In this document: positions 48,410-58,354 of the stretch, one piece after another | Position numbering within the stretch: position 1 is the first letter of the stretch | How the letters are laid out: each line of letters begins with the position of its first letter | Source of the DNA: Bacteroidota bacterium | Lineage (GTDB): Bacteria; Bacteroidota; Bacteroidia; UKL13-3 | DNA length: 64,000 nt | Assembly: GCA_947457395.1 (NCBI GenBank) | Contig: CANGVA010000001.1 | Coordinates: 195,687 to 259,686, forward strand | Direction of reading: 5' to 3' | Notes under the pieces: model-generated | Told to the model about the DNA's origin: nothing | The model's database searches: none | Seen by the model: the letters and a program-made list of their open reading frames with translations, nothing else | Translations under genes and position numbers: made by a program

Positions 48410-48628
48410 GTGCAGGATTCTCAAAAAATAATTAAGCAGATTGGTAAGAATATAGCTGCCATTAGAAAAAGGAAAGGCTTTAAGCAGAACGACTTGGCTC
48501 AGATGTGCGAATTTGAAAAATCAAACATGGCGAGAATTGAAAATGGGAATACCAATCCAACTATAAAAACCTTAATTAAGATTGCTAGAGCTTTGGAAGT
48601 TGATTTGGGGGAAATAATTAAAGATTAG
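48410..48628 (+). CDS. Small XRE-family HTH transcriptional regulator (72 aa), GTG start
   Basis: Cro/C1 HTH signature IRKRKGFKQNDLAQMCEFEKSNMARIENGNTNPTIKTLIKIARAL. Sits in an AT-rich region divergent from the adhesin gene. Confidence 0.65.
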   Translation: MQDSQKIIKQIGKNIAAIRKRKGFKQNDLAQMCEFEKSNMARIENGNTNPTIKTLIKIARALEVDLGEIIKD

Positions 48629-48708
48629 ATTAAGGATTACAGATAAGTTTTAAAAAAATAAAAGCTAAAAGCAAGTCATAAGCTACCAATTAAATAATCA
48701 GCCAATCA

Positions 48709-50550
48709 TTACTCCACCGTTACAGACTTAGCTAAGTTACGAGGCTGATCCACATTGCAACCACGCATCACTGCAATATGGTATGATAACAATTGAAGTG
48801 GTATGGTAGCCAGGAGTGGCAACATGGCTTCTTCACATTGCGGGATATGGATGATATAATCGGCATGATCTTTTATGTGCTCATCGCCTTTGGTTGAAAT
48901 AGCAATTACCTTGCCTTTGCGTGCACGCACTTCCTGAATATTGCTGATCACTTTTTCGTAATTGCTGTGTTGCGTGGCAATAACCACCACCGGCATTTCT
49001 TCATCAATGAGCGCAATGGGTCCATGCTTCATTTCAGCGGCAGGATAACCTTCGGCATGTATGTACGAAATTTCCTTCAGCTTCAGAGCACCTTCCAGGG
49101 CAATGGGGAAGCCATAGCCACGACCAAGGTATAATGCATTGGTGGCATTTTTAAATTGTGCAGCAATGCCTTTGATATACTCGTTTGATTTAAGTGTTTC
49201 TTCAACCTTTGCCGGAATGGTTTCCAGTTCGGTTAATAACTCACGCAGGCGCTGGGTTGTAATGGTACCTTTCTTTTGAGCAATGGAGAGTGCAATTAGT
49301 ATGAGTGCGGTAACTTGTGCTGTAAAAGCTTTGGTTGATGCAACACCAATCTCCGGACCTGCATGAGTGTAGGCACCGGCATCTGTCATACGCGGAATGG
49401 AAGAACCAACTACATTACAAATACCAAATATGGTAGCACCTTTTTGTTTAGCCAGTTCTAGCGCTGCAAGTGTATCAGCAGTTTCACCTGATTGTGAAAT
49501 AGCAATAACAAAATCATGCTCATCAATAACCGGATTTCTGTAACGAAACTCTGATGCATATTCAACCTCAACCGGAATACGTGCAAAATCTTCAAACAAA
49601 TACTCACCAACCAGGCCTGCATGCCACGATGTGCCACAACCTACAATAATGATGCGCTTGATATTTTTTAGTTTGTCTTCAAACTTATCAATACCTGCCA
49701 TGGTTATCATACCTTCATTGGTATGTATACGGCCGCGGAAAGAATCTTGTATGGAACGAGGCTGTTCATAAATTTCTTTCATCATAAAGTGATCAAAGCC
49801 GCCTTTTTCAATACTCTCTAAATTAATTTCCAGCTCGTGTATGTATGGTGTTTTAATGGTGTTATCAATGGTTTTAACAGTGAAGTTTTTACCTTCCACA
49901 ATCACAATCTCACCATCATTTAAGTAAACTACATTGCGTGTGTATTCTACGATGGGTGTTGCATCAGAGGCAATAAAATATTCACCTTCACCAACACCTA
50001 CCACCATTGGGCTACCTTTACGTGCGCCAATTAAATAATTGGGATCTTTTTTAGATAAGATAACAATGGCGTAAGCACCTACTACTTGTGTAAGTGCCAT
50101 GCGTACGGCTTCTTCAAAACCTACTTTATTATTTTGGTATACCTCTTCTATTAAATGTATCAGTACTTCGGTATCTGTTTCGGATTTAAATTCATGCCCG
50201 CGCTCTTTCAATGCTTGTTTTAAAGAGGCGTAATTTTCAATAATTCCGTTATGTATAATGGCAAACTCACCATTCTGCGAAAGATGGGGATGGGCATTCA
50301 CATCATTGGGAGCTCCATGAGTGGCCCAACGTGTATGGCCCATGCCGGTGGATGCAAATTTGGCACTGCCATCAATGGCCTGTTCAAGATCGGCAACTTT
50401 GCCACTCTTTTTATAAATCTGTAGATTTTTTTCAGGGGTAAGCAGTGCTACACCGGCACTGTCATATCCTCTGTATTCAAGTCTTTTCAGACCTTTAATA
50501 ATAATAGGTAAGGCCTCTCTGTGGCCAAGGTAAGCTACGATTCCGCACAT
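48709..50550 (-). CDS. glmS: Glutamine--fructose-6-phosphate aminotransferase (isomerizing)
   Basis: N-terminal MCGIVAYLG with catalytic Cys2. Two SIS domains. C-terminal ...AKSVTVE. Length 613 aa. Confidence 0.95.
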   Translation of the reverse strand: MCGIVAYLGHREALPIIIKGLKRLEYRGYDSAGVALLTPEKNLQIYKKSGKVADLEQAIDGSAKFASTGMGHTRWATHGAPNDVNAHPHLSQNGEFAIIHNGIIENYASLKQALKERGHEFKSETDTEVLIHLIEEVYQNNKVGFEEAVRMALTQVVGAYAIVILSKKDPNYLIGARKGSPMVVGVGEGEYFIASDATPIVEYTRNVVYLNDGEIVIVEGKNFTVKTIDNTIKTPYIHELEINLESIEKGGFDHFMMKEIYEQPRSIQDSFRGRIHTNEGMITMAGIDKFEDKLKNIKRIIIVGCGTSWHAGLVGEYLFEDFARIPVEVEYASEFRYRNPVIDEHDFVIAISQSGETADTLAALELAKQKGATIFGICNVVGSSIPRMTDAGAYTHAGPEIGVASTKAFTAQVTALILIALSIAQKKGTITTQRLRELLTELETIPAKVEETLKSNEYIKGIAAQFKNATNALYLGRGYGFPIALEGALKLKEISYIHAEGYPAAEMKHGPIALIDEEMPVVVIATQHSNYEKVISNIQEVRARKGKVIAISTKGDEHIKDHADYIIHIPQCEEAMLPLLATIPLQLLSYHIAVMRGCNVDQPRNLAKSVTVE

Positions 50551-50565
50551 ATTACTTCAAAAATA

Positions 50566-51597
50566 CTAGAAAGATTGTAGTTTCAAAATGGATTCCGGAC
50601 CTGTTGAAAAGGTCTTCAGACATTCTTTGATAGTTTCAACCTTCGTTGAAATGCTTTTAAAGTTGTCAAATGAAACAGCCTGATATGAATCAGAAAGGGC
50701 TTTGGAAGGATTAGGATGCACTTCAATTAGCAAACCGTTGGCGCCTGCAGCAACTGCAGCGAGTGACAATGCTTCAACACGGGAGGCTTGCCCTGTGCCA
50801 TGGCTTGGGTCCGCAATTACAGGTAAATGGCTTAGCTCCTTGAGTAATGGAATCACGCCCACATCCATTACGTTACGTGTGGCATTATCAAAACTTCTGA
50901 TGCCTCTTTCACACAATATAACCTTTTCGTTTCCTCCACTCAAAATATATTCTGCAGCCAGCAACCATTCATTTACCCGTGCATGCATGCCACGTTTAAG
51001 TAGGATGGGTTTGTCTACTTTTCCTAAAGCATCAAGTAAAGAAAAGTTATGCATGTTACGGCTTCCTACTTGTAAGATATCGGCATATTCATAAACCTCC
51101 TCAAGTAAGGAGATATCCATGATTTCTGTTACTACCCGCAAATCATATTTATCAGCAGCTTTTCTGATTATTCTTAATCCATCAAGCCCTAGCCCCCTGA
51201 ATGAGTATGGTGAGGTACGGGGTTTGTAAGCACCTCCTCTGATAAATTTAACACCAAGCGATGAAAGGAAAGCCGCTGTTTCTTCTATTTGCGATTCAGT
51301 TTCGATAGCGCAGGGACCGGCCATCATCTGAAACGCATCATTACCAATTGTTGCCCCCTTTACATCAAATGAAGTTTGTTTTTTAAATTGAACCGATGCA
51401 AGCTGATAGGGAGTATCAGTTTCGGTAATGCGTTCTATACAGGATTCATTTTTAAGAAAAGCGGAGTCGTTTAGTTTAGGTAGCACAATCAGGTTTTTGG
51501 CTGCAATCCACTTAAATGAGGTGTGCAGAGATTCCAGTTTTTTCAGGAGTTCCTGTTTTTCGGTTTCTGTGCTTGTATGTTTTAATTCAATTATCAC
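50566..51597 (-). CDS. 3-deoxy-7-phosphoheptulonate (DAHP) synthase, KDO8P-synthase-like type I-beta, with an ~85-aa N-terminal regulatory extension
   Basis: Catalytic-domain motifs MMAGPCAIE, LLKRGMHA and ...DPSHGTG. N-terminal extension of unknown type (ACT-like or chorismate-mutase-like). Confidence 0.8.
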   Translation of the reverse strand: MIIELKHTSTETEKQELLKKLESLHTSFKWIAAKNLIVLPKLNDSAFLKNESCIERITETDTPYQLASVQFKKQTSFDVKGATIGNDAFQMMAGPCAIETESQIEETAAFLSSLGVKFIRGGAYKPRTSPYSFRGLGLDGLRIIRKAADKYDLRVVTEIMDISLLEEVYEYADILQVGSRNMHNFSLLDALGKVDKPILLKRGMHARVNEWLLAAEYILSGGNEKVILCERGIRSFDNATRNVMDVGVIPLLKELSHLPVIADPSHGTGQASRVEALSLAAVAAGANGLLIEVHPNPSKALSDSYQAVSFDNFKSISTKVETIKECLKTFSTGPESILKLQSF

Positions 51598-51599
51598 GC

Positions 51600-52955
51600 T
51601 TATTTTATAACAGTATAAGTCAATTTAAGTTTCACTCTACGATTGGTTTGGTCTGCATCCAAAATGGCGCGCGCTGCTGTAAGTGGATTATCTGCCGGCA
51701 CAATGAGATTCAGCCCATAATTTACATTGCGATTACCTTGTTTGTATTCGGATAATACATATTGCAAATGTCTTATAATATTAAATTTATATTCACCTGT
51801 TGTCTCATTGTATTGGCCTCCATAGTAAGAGGCACCCAGTGTTTGATCAAGTAAAAAGTCGTTTCTACCCAACGAATCGCATGAAAGCAGCCTAAGTTCA
51901 GCCGGTCTGGTAAATGGTGCCGTTGAAGAGCCTGATTTTAACGTAAAAATAATTTCAGCACTGCTGATGGCGATATTCTGATTCTTTACATAATCAAATA
52001 AATGAGGTATCACTATTCTCGTTTTAATGCCACCTGCAGGTTGGCAATAGGTAATGTTTTGGTGGGTGCCATTCATCACGGGTAACAAATTGATTCCCGG
52101 TTTGTGAACATGCTCATATTTATTGGCTTTTACATCAGCCCTGAAGGCAAAATCAACCTTGGTACTGTTATGGTATACTACCAAAGCAGAAAGGCCACTT
52201 CGGGGATCAACCGTAATTAAAGCACCTTCACCCGCGGCCATAAAAGGGTTATCAGGCATCAGTATAAATCCTTTAAATGCCTTTTGAAAAGATGCATTAT
52301 TTATAAATTGTGAGGCTGCTTCAGCACCATTTAGCTTGTTTATAAAATTACTGTCTGTAATAGTGATGCGAATATGACCAGGCAATCTGCTGTTGGCAGT
52401 TCTAATGCTATCTGTCAAAGATTGGGTGTTGCCCTCCCAATATCCAAGGGGTTTATTTTTATCAAATGCATAGTTTCTGTTTGAAAAATAAGTTGAATCA
52501 ATACTCAGGTCCTCATTAAGTTCATACAGAACCAATCTCTGAACGGTTTCTTTATTGCCATAAAAATATGTGGGAGAGTTGATAATAGCTAACTGCAAAA
52601 CAGCTGAATCTACTTTGATACCCGCGCCAAATGAGAATTGATTTTTAGGAAGGGTAAATTGGCCAATATAGGAAGCACGCGTAAGCCCTAGTTCAGGGTC
52701 GTGCATTTCACCTGCAAAAAAATAGCTGAGTGCATTTCTTGATCTGTAGGTAGCTACAGAATCATGACGCGTACTGTAGGTGATTAGCGTTGTTGTATCA
52801 ATGCCATCAGCTAAATCGAGTGGATTTCTTTTAGCCAGAAAATCTGCACCAACAGTATCTTCATGTTTGCGGCAGGAAAAGAGTAGAGCAAAAACAATAA
52901 GAAGCGGTAGGAGGTGGCTTAAGGTTTTAGTTCTGGCTTTTGAGCAAGTTGTCAT
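51600..52955 (-). CDS. DUF4270-family lipoprotein (conserved partner of the short glycogen synthase in Bacteroidota)
   Basis: Lipobox ...LLFSCRKHED. Family call from gene context and size (451 aa). It overlaps the upstream glgA-like gene by 29 nt. Confidence 0.55.
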   Translation of the reverse strand: MTTCSKARTKTLSHLLPLLIVFALLFSCRKHEDTVGADFLAKRNPLDLADGIDTTTLITYSTRHDSVATYRSRNALSYFFAGEMHDPELGLTRASYIGQFTLPKNQFSFGAGIKVDSAVLQLAIINSPTYFYGNKETVQRLVLYELNEDLSIDSTYFSNRNYAFDKNKPLGYWEGNTQSLTDSIRTANSRLPGHIRITITDSNFINKLNGAEAASQFINNASFQKAFKGFILMPDNPFMAAGEGALITVDPRSGLSALVVYHNSTKVDFAFRADVKANKYEHVHKPGINLLPVMNGTHQNITYCQPAGGIKTRIVIPHLFDYVKNQNIAISSAEIIFTLKSGSSTAPFTRPAELRLLSCDSLGRNDFLLDQTLGASYYGGQYNETTGEYKFNIIRHLQYVLSEYKQGNRNVNYGLNLIVPADNPLTAARAILDADQTNRRVKLKLTYTVIK

Positions 52956-53751
52956 ATAATTTTATATACGCATCAACGTAACCTTCTTCGTTCTTGTGCT
53001 CAATAACTATTTTTCCTTTTTGCTTTTTCATAAAGCTTGCCACTTCCGGATCTATATCAGGGCTGCAACTTACCACAGCATCAGCATGGGTAATACCTGA
53101 TTTGTAAAGATCGGTGCATGAGGCTTCACTAAGTGTGCTCATTTGCTTATTGTCAATGGAATTTAAACTTGCTTTGCGGGCAAAATCTTTACCGAAAGAA
53201 ATATCAAACTGGTTTTCGAAAACAGAAAAGACCACTTTGGCATTTCTAAAAACCGGTTCATCCTTATAGATGGTTTTCAAGTATAGAGGAATAAGACTGG
53301 TCATCCAACCTTGGCAATGGATGATATCCGGCTGCCAACCTAATTTTTTAACGGTTTCTAAAGCGCCTTTGCAAAAGAAAATGGTTCTTTCGTCATTGTC
53401 TCCGAAAAACTCATTATTCTCGTCTGTATAAACGTGTTTGCGGTGGAAATAATCCTCGTTATCAAGGAAATATACCTGCATTTTAGCTTCAGGTAATGAA
53501 GCAACTTTAATAGTTAAAGGATTATCATTATCATCAATGGTGATATTAATACCCGAAAGCCTAACTACCTCATGCAACCTGTTTCTTCTTTCATTGATAC
53601 AACCGAAACGAGGCATTAATACCCTGATTTCGTTGTCTTTTTCCTGAATGGCTTGTGGTAATCTTCTTGCTAACTCTCCTACTGTACTCACCTGTAGATA
53701 AGGTGTCATTTCCGATGATATGAACAAAACGCGTTTCTTTGTCATGGCCAT
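52927..53751 (-). CDS. glgA: Short (274 aa) glycogen/starch synthase-like protein (GT5 N-terminal domain type)
   Basis: N-terminal KRVLFISSEMTPYLQVSTVGELARRLPQAIQEKDNEIRVLMPRFG matches the ADP-glucose glycogen synthase N-terminal motif. Divergent from panC, as in other Bacteroidota. Confidence 0.7.
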   Translation of the reverse strand: MAMTKKRVLFISSEMTPYLQVSTVGELARRLPQAIQEKDNEIRVLMPRFGCINERRNRLHEVVRLSGINITIDDNDNPLTIKVASLPEAKMQVYFLDNEDYFHRKHVYTDENNEFFGDNDERTIFFCKGALETVKKLGWQPDIIHCQGWMTSLIPLYLKTIYKDEPVFRNAKVVFSVFENQFDISFGKDFARKASLNSIDNKQMSTLSEASCTDLYKSGITHADAVVSCSPDIDPEVASFMKKQKGKIVIEHKNEEGYVDAYIKLYDNLLKSQN

Positions 53752-53770
53752 TGTGCTTAAAAAAAGTATG

Positions 53771-53778
53771 CAAAGTTA
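53771..53778 (-). promoter_or_regulatory. Candidate -7 element TAACTTTG (minus strand) 20 nt upstream of the glgA-like start
   Basis: Reverse complement of CAAAGTTA matches TAnnTTTG. No clear -33 TTG. Confidence 0.25.
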
Positions 53779-53876
53779 CGCTTAATGATAAAAAAATCCT
53801 TAATATTCGCCCGTTTTCTTCTTATTTATTAGATAAGTTACAGAAAATTAACATGCTATAATTAAAATACGAAGTC

Positions 53877-54713
53877 TTGTACCTTACAAAAACAATAACA
53901 GACCTGCAGCAGCACCTGCAGGTTGCTGTAAAAAAAGGCGCTAATATAGGTTTTGTTCCAACCATGGGTGCCCTTCATCAGGGCCATATCTCCTTAATTA
54001 AAAGAGCATTATCAGAAAATGAATATGTTGTTTGCAGCATTTTTGTTAATCCTACACAGTTTAATCAGGCAACCGATCTGGAAACTTACCCCAAAACACC
54101 CGCGGCAGATGTAATGTTGCTTGCTGCGTCCGGTAATCATGTTTTGTTTCATCCCGATGTATCGGACATATATCCCAACGGGATGCAGGTAAAGCCCAGA
54201 AACTTAGGACCTGTATCAACCATTTTTGAAGGGGCATTTCGTCCGGGTCATTTTGATGGTGTAGCTGAGGTAGTGAGCCGTTTATTTAATGCTGTTAAGC
54301 CAACAAAGGCATATTTTGGCCTTAAGGATTACCAGCAGTGTATGATTATTAAAGCGTTGGTAGAACTCGAGAATATACCAATTTCATTGGTGTTTTGCCC
54401 AACACAGCGTGAAAATGATGGCTTGGCAATGAGCTCACGCAACAGGCGATTAAGTGCTGAGCAAAGAAAAACTGCGGCAATTATTCCGCAAACCTTGGCA
54501 TTTATAAGAGCCAATTATAGTTATTATAAGAAAGATGAATTATTGCTGGCAGGCAGGGAAATGTTGCTTGGCCAATTGCAAACAGAATATCTCGATATTG
54601 TGCATGCGCATACATTGCAGCCACTTGATTCAGCTTCAGACCCTGCAGTGGCCTTATTTGCAGGCAGGTGTGGAGAAGTAAGGCTTATTGACAATATGCT
54701 GTTAACAGAATAA
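53877..54713 (+). CDS. panC: Pantoate--beta-alanine ligase
   Basis: HIGH-class motif PTMGALHQGHISLI. Length 278 aa. Confidence 0.9.
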   Translation: MYLTKTITDLQQHLQVAVKKGANIGFVPTMGALHQGHISLIKRALSENEYVVCSIFVNPTQFNQATDLETYPKTPAADVMLLAASGNHVLFHPDVSDIYPNGMQVKPRNLGPVSTIFEGAFRPGHFDGVAEVVSRLFNAVKPTKAYFGLKDYQQCMIIKALVELENIPISLVFCPTQRENDGLAMSSRNRRLSAEQRKTAAIIPQTLAFIRANYSYYKKDELLLAGREMLLGQLQTEYLDIVHAHTLQPLDSASDPAVALFAGRCGEVRLIDNMLLTE

Positions 54714-54739
54714 TATTTTTATTTGTTTAATTTGAAAGC

Positions 54740-56110
54740 ATGCGCCCGGCCGACCAATTTTTAAATGATACCATTAATGCCTCTGCAAACAAGGAGCAGC
54801 GTAATGTTGTGGTTGTGCATCAGCAGCGTTATCACGAAGCGCTTGGTAAAGCAAGAAGCCAGTATAAAAATGAAGTGCTTGCGAAAGATAGAGCAGCATA
54901 TTTGAAATGGAAAGTTACCGAAAACCTTGATAAGTATCTGATTGATTTTGAAGCCACGCTAATTCGCAGAGGTGGCCGTGTGGTTTGGGCCCATGATGCG
55001 GAAACAGCCAGAAAGGAAATAGTACAGCTTATAACAAAAACAGGAGCGCAGCAGGTGTTTAAGAGTAAATCAATGTTGAGTGAAGAAATAGCACTTAACT
55101 CTTTTTTACGTTCTTCAAGCCTGGAAGTTATTGAAACCGATGTAGGTGAATACATTATTGATGTGGCAGCGGAAGCACCTTTTCACATGGTAAATCCTGC
55201 CATGCATAAAAGTGAAAAGGAAATTGCAGCACTACTCAATAGCAAAATTGGCACATCAATGGATGCCGATGCCGATACCATCACTGCTGATGTTAGAGAT
55301 GCTATGCGGGCTTATTTCAATAAAGCATCTTTGGATGTTTGTATTACCGGAGCCAATTTTCTGATAGCAGACAGCGGTATGGTTGCCATTACCGAAAACG
55401 AGGGGAATATCCGTATGATAACGGCACTAGCTAAAACACATATTGTTATTGCCGGAATTGATAAAATTATCCCTTCTATCAATGATATTGATACGTTTTT
55501 TCCTTTATTGGCAACATACGGAACGGGTCAGAAACTCACGGTTTATAATAGTGTTATAGGTCCTAAAACTGCTGATGATCATGATGCAGCAACAGAATTT
55601 ATTGTGGTGCTGATTGATAACGGAAGAACCAACTTACTTGCACAGCCTGATCAGCGGCAAGCCCTCTCATGCATTAAATGTGGTGCCTGTGCAAACGTTT
55701 GTCCGGTTTTTACTTTTATTGGAGGCCATAGCTATGGAGTAACCAGCAGTGGCCCAATTGGTGCCGTTACCCAACCTCATGAGAAAGGGTTTGATGAATT
55801 TAAACATCTTAGTTATGCATCCTCATTATGTGGTAATTGCACGCAGATTTGCCCCATGAAGATTGATTTGCATAACCATTTACTTAGGAACAGACGCGAT
55901 AGCGTGCAGCAGGGCCATGCCAAAAGCGCAGAAAAGCTTATGTGGTACAGTTGGAAAAAAATGATGCTGAGCAGAAAGAATATGAATAAAGGTGCCAGCA
56001 TTAAAAATTTTATGCTCAAGTCTTTTTTCAAAACCTCCTGGGGTGAAAACCGAGAATTCCCTAAAGTGGCCGAAAAATCTTTTAATCAAATTTGGAGGGA
56101 AGGCAGATAG
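54740..56110 (+). CDS. LutB-like iron-sulfur protein (LUD domain plus two 4Fe-4S ferredoxin-type cluster motifs)
   Basis: CIKCGACANVCP and CGNCTQICP cluster motifs. The N-terminal 300 aa are LUD/DUF162-like. No lutA or lutC neighbours. Confidence 0.65.
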   Translation: MRPADQFLNDTINASANKEQRNVVVVHQQRYHEALGKARSQYKNEVLAKDRAAYLKWKVTENLDKYLIDFEATLIRRGGRVVWAHDAETARKEIVQLITKTGAQQVFKSKSMLSEEIALNSFLRSSSLEVIETDVGEYIIDVAAEAPFHMVNPAMHKSEKEIAALLNSKIGTSMDADADTITADVRDAMRAYFNKASLDVCITGANFLIADSGMVAITENEGNIRMITALAKTHIVIAGIDKIIPSINDIDTFFPLLATYGTGQKLTVYNSVIGPKTADDHDAATEFIVVLIDNGRTNLLAQPDQRQALSCIKCGACANVCPVFTFIGGHSYGVTSSGPIGAVTQPHEKGFDEFKHLSYASSLCGNCTQICPMKIDLHNHLLRNRRDSVQQGHAKSAEKLMWYSWKKMMLSRKNMNKGASIKNFMLKSFFKTSWGENREFPKVAEKSFNQIWREGR

Positions 56111-56155
56111 GCTGCCGCAATCTGCTTGCCAATATAACCTTACTATTTCTGCCTG

Positions 56156-56659
56156 TTATTGTAAAAACACATTTACTTTTTTCTTGTCAATGGTAACAGC
56201 AATATGCTCCTGTAAAGTGGTGGAAAGGCTAATGCCAATAAAATCTGCTGCTACAGGAAATGTTTTATGGTTACGGTCAACCAGAATGGCAGTTTGTATG
56301 GAGGCTACGCCTGATTTTAAAAAAGGTAGTAGCGCATAAATAAGCGTACGACCTGTATTCAGCACGTCATCAACGATGACGGCAGACATGCCGGATTTTT
56401 TTAGTTCAGCAGATAGTTGGGTGCTGCTTTCAGATGGGTTATCCTTATTAACCGTTACAGTTATTGCGGTGATCTTAATTCCGGAAATAGCCGCAAGTTC
56501 TTCTGCCAAAAGGGATGCAATGGTTTCGCCCCGCCCGCAAATACCAGCAATGCATAATTCCTTTGCATTAAAATTTCTTTCATAAATCTGATAAGCCATG
56601 CGTTTCACAATTTGCTTTACTTGCTCATGCATAAGTATTTGGGTACGTGCAGCAGACAT
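56156..56659 (-). CDS. pyrR: PyrR-like bifunctional pyrimidine operon regulator / uracil phosphoribosyltransferase
   Basis: Collinear with B. subtilis PyrR through three segments: [36 protein letters not shown] (the PRPP loop) and [17 protein letters not shown]. Start chosen at the ATG at 56659; the longest ORF starts at 56704. Confidence 0.7.
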   Translation of the reverse strand: MSAARTQILMHEQVKQIVKRMAYQIYERNFNAKELCIAGICGRGETIASLLAEELAAISGIKITAITVTVNKDNPSESSTQLSAELKKSGMSAVIVDDVLNTGRTLIYALLPFLKSGVASIQTAILVDRNHKTFPVAADFIGISLSTTLQEHIAVTIDKKKVNVFLQ

Positions 56660-56749
56660 AGTGGTTTTTTCTTCAAAAGTAGGTTTTCTGCTTCGGTTGC
56701 CCAATATTTACAGCCCGGTTCACAAACATTTTATTTTTAGTGAATTATT

Positions 56750-56778
56750 TTGTGCGAAATCAAAAATTCCTATATTTG
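56750..56778 (+). promoter_or_regulatory. Candidate Bacteroidota promoter upstream of rpmE: TTG, 18-nt spacer, TATATTTG
   Basis: Full -33/-7 match (TTG ... TAnnTTTG) with correct spacing, 21 nt before the ATG at 56799. Seen in sequence. Confidence 0.45.
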
Positions 56779-56798
56779 CCCTCCCAAATTTTTTACAA

Positions 56799-57050
56799 AT
56801 GAAACCAGAAATACATCCTAAAAACTATAGATTGGTAGTGTTCAAAGACATGTCTAATAACTATTCTTTCCTCTGCCGCTCTACCGTAGATACCAGAGAA
56901 ACAGTAAAATGGGAAGACGGAAATGAATATCCTTTGTTTAAGTTGGAGATTTCACACAAATCTCATCCATTCTTTACCGGCCAAAACATGTTAATTGACA
57001 CAGCAGGACGTATTGATAAATTCAACAAACGATACGCTAAAAAGAAGTAA
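56799..57050 (+). CDS. rpmE: 50S ribosomal protein L31 (type B, non-zinc-binding)
   Basis: Canonical N-terminus MKPEIHPK. Length 83 aa. Lacks the CxxC pair. Start chosen inside the longer artefactual ORF 56598..57050. Confidence 0.85.
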   Translation: MKPEIHPKNYRLVVFKDMSNNYSFLCRSTVDTRETVKWEDGNEYPLFKLEISHKSHPFFTGQNMLIDTAGRIDKFNKRYAKKK

Positions 57051-57069
57051 TTCTAAATTTTATAGGAAA

Positions 57070-57098
57070 AAGCCCTCCGTTTGGGGGGCTTTTTTTAT
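57070..57098 (+). terminator. Rho-independent terminator after rpmE
   Basis: Stem AGCCCTCC / GGGGGGCT (8 bp including one G-U) with loop GTTT, followed by T7. Seen in sequence. Confidence 0.7.
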
Positions 57099-57109
57099 AA
57101 TATCGCATC

Positions 57110-58312
57110 ATGAACACTATTCTGTTTGATGGTTACAGCAGAACTGATTTACTGCCTTTTACTTTTACAAGGCCAGTTGCAGCTATTCGTTTTGGTATAC
57201 TCACCATTGCCGAAAAGTGGCAAAAGCAATTAAATTCAGCTGTTTCTTATTTAACGCAGGATTATCTGCAACCCAAATTTCCGCTGTTAACCCAAGCGGA
57301 TAATTTGCTTATAAACGGATCGGTTTGCCCGGATGAAATACTTTTAAGTGAAATTAACATGCTTAAGCCGGGAGAGGCATTATATGCCGGAAACCTGCTG
57401 ATAGCAGCCTATGTAAAAGCAGCAGATGTGCCGGATTTTGATGAAACTGCTTTTCAGGCAACCAAAGTTATCAGCAAGCAGGAAAACCCATTACGCATTG
57501 CATTTGTATATGATATTTTTTCGAAAAATGATAAAGCTATAGCGGCCGACTTTGAGTTGTTAACCAAGGGCCGCAAATCTCAACCAATAGCTTCAACCAA
57601 TCAGGTTGTTAATCCGGAGCGTATTTTTATTGAGCCCGGAGCAAAGGTTGAGTTTAGCATACTCAATGCATCAGCAGGGCCCATATATGTAGGCCATGAT
57701 GCTGAAATAATGGAAGGGTGTAAAGTAAGAGGTCCTTTTGCTTTATGTGATCATGGCGGTTTAAAAATGGATGCCAAAATTTACGGACCTACTACTGTTG
57801 GTCCGCATTGCAAAGTTGGTGGCGAAGTAAACAACGTGGTGTTTTTTGCTTACTCCAACAAAGGGCATGATGGATTTTTGGGAAACGCAGTAATTGGTGA
57901 ATGGTGCAACTTGGGTGCTGATACCAACTGCTCCAACCTGAAAAATACCTATGATGAAGTGAAATTATGGAGCTACCGCACTCAACGTTTTGATAAAACA
58001 GGACTAACCTTTTGCGGTTTAATGATGGCAGATCATGCCAAGTGTGGAATTAACACCATGTTTAATACCGGAACAGTTGTTGGGGTAGGCGCCAATATTT
58101 TTGGTGCAGGTTTTCCTCGAAATTTTATCCCTTCATTTGCATGGGGTGGGGCGCAGGGGTTTGAAACATTTGATCTAAATAAATTTTATAAGATGGCAGC
58201 AGCCATGTGTTCAAGACGAAATGTGAATTTTGATGAAACGGATAAAACTATGCTGGCTCATGTTTTTCAACTAACAGCAGGATTCAGATTCTGGGAGAAC
58301 AAACCTGCATAA
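57110..58312 (+). CDS. GlmU-like putative sugar nucleotidyltransferase/acyltransferase with left-handed beta-helix hexapeptide repeats
   Basis: The C-terminal half is rich in [LIV]GxxxxI hexapeptide repeats (GEVNNVVFFAY...GEWCNLGADTN). About 400 aa, like the alternative GlmU-type family in Bacteroidota. Confidence 0.55.
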   Translation: MNTILFDGYSRTDLLPFTFTRPVAAIRFGILTIAEKWQKQLNSAVSYLTQDYLQPKFPLLTQADNLLINGSVCPDEILLSEINMLKPGEALYAGNLLIAAYVKAADVPDFDETAFQATKVISKQENPLRIAFVYDIFSKNDKAIAADFELLTKGRKSQPIASTNQVVNPERIFIEPGAKVEFSILNASAGPIYVGHDAEIMEGCKVRGPFALCDHGGLKMDAKIYGPTTVGPHCKVGGEVNNVVFFAYSNKGHDGFLGNAVIGEWCNLGADTNCSNLKNTYDEVKLWSYRTQRFDKTGLTFCGLMMADHAKCGINTMFNTGTVVGVGANIFGAGFPRNFIPSFAWGGAQGFETFDLNKFYKMAAAMCSRRNVNFDETDKTMLAHVFQLTAGFRFWENKPA

Positions 58313-58354
58313 CTTGAAAAAATTAAGCATTCGTAAAAGAAAATTTATAAAACC

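Noticed and set aside
56598-56798. The 5' extension of the ORF-track entry 56598..57050 (150 aa) upstream of rpmE
   Set aside because: The canonical L31 N-terminus MKPEIHPK begins at 56799. The extension overlaps the pyrR-like gene on the other strand and contains the candidate rpmE promoter. The longest-ORF call is an artefact.
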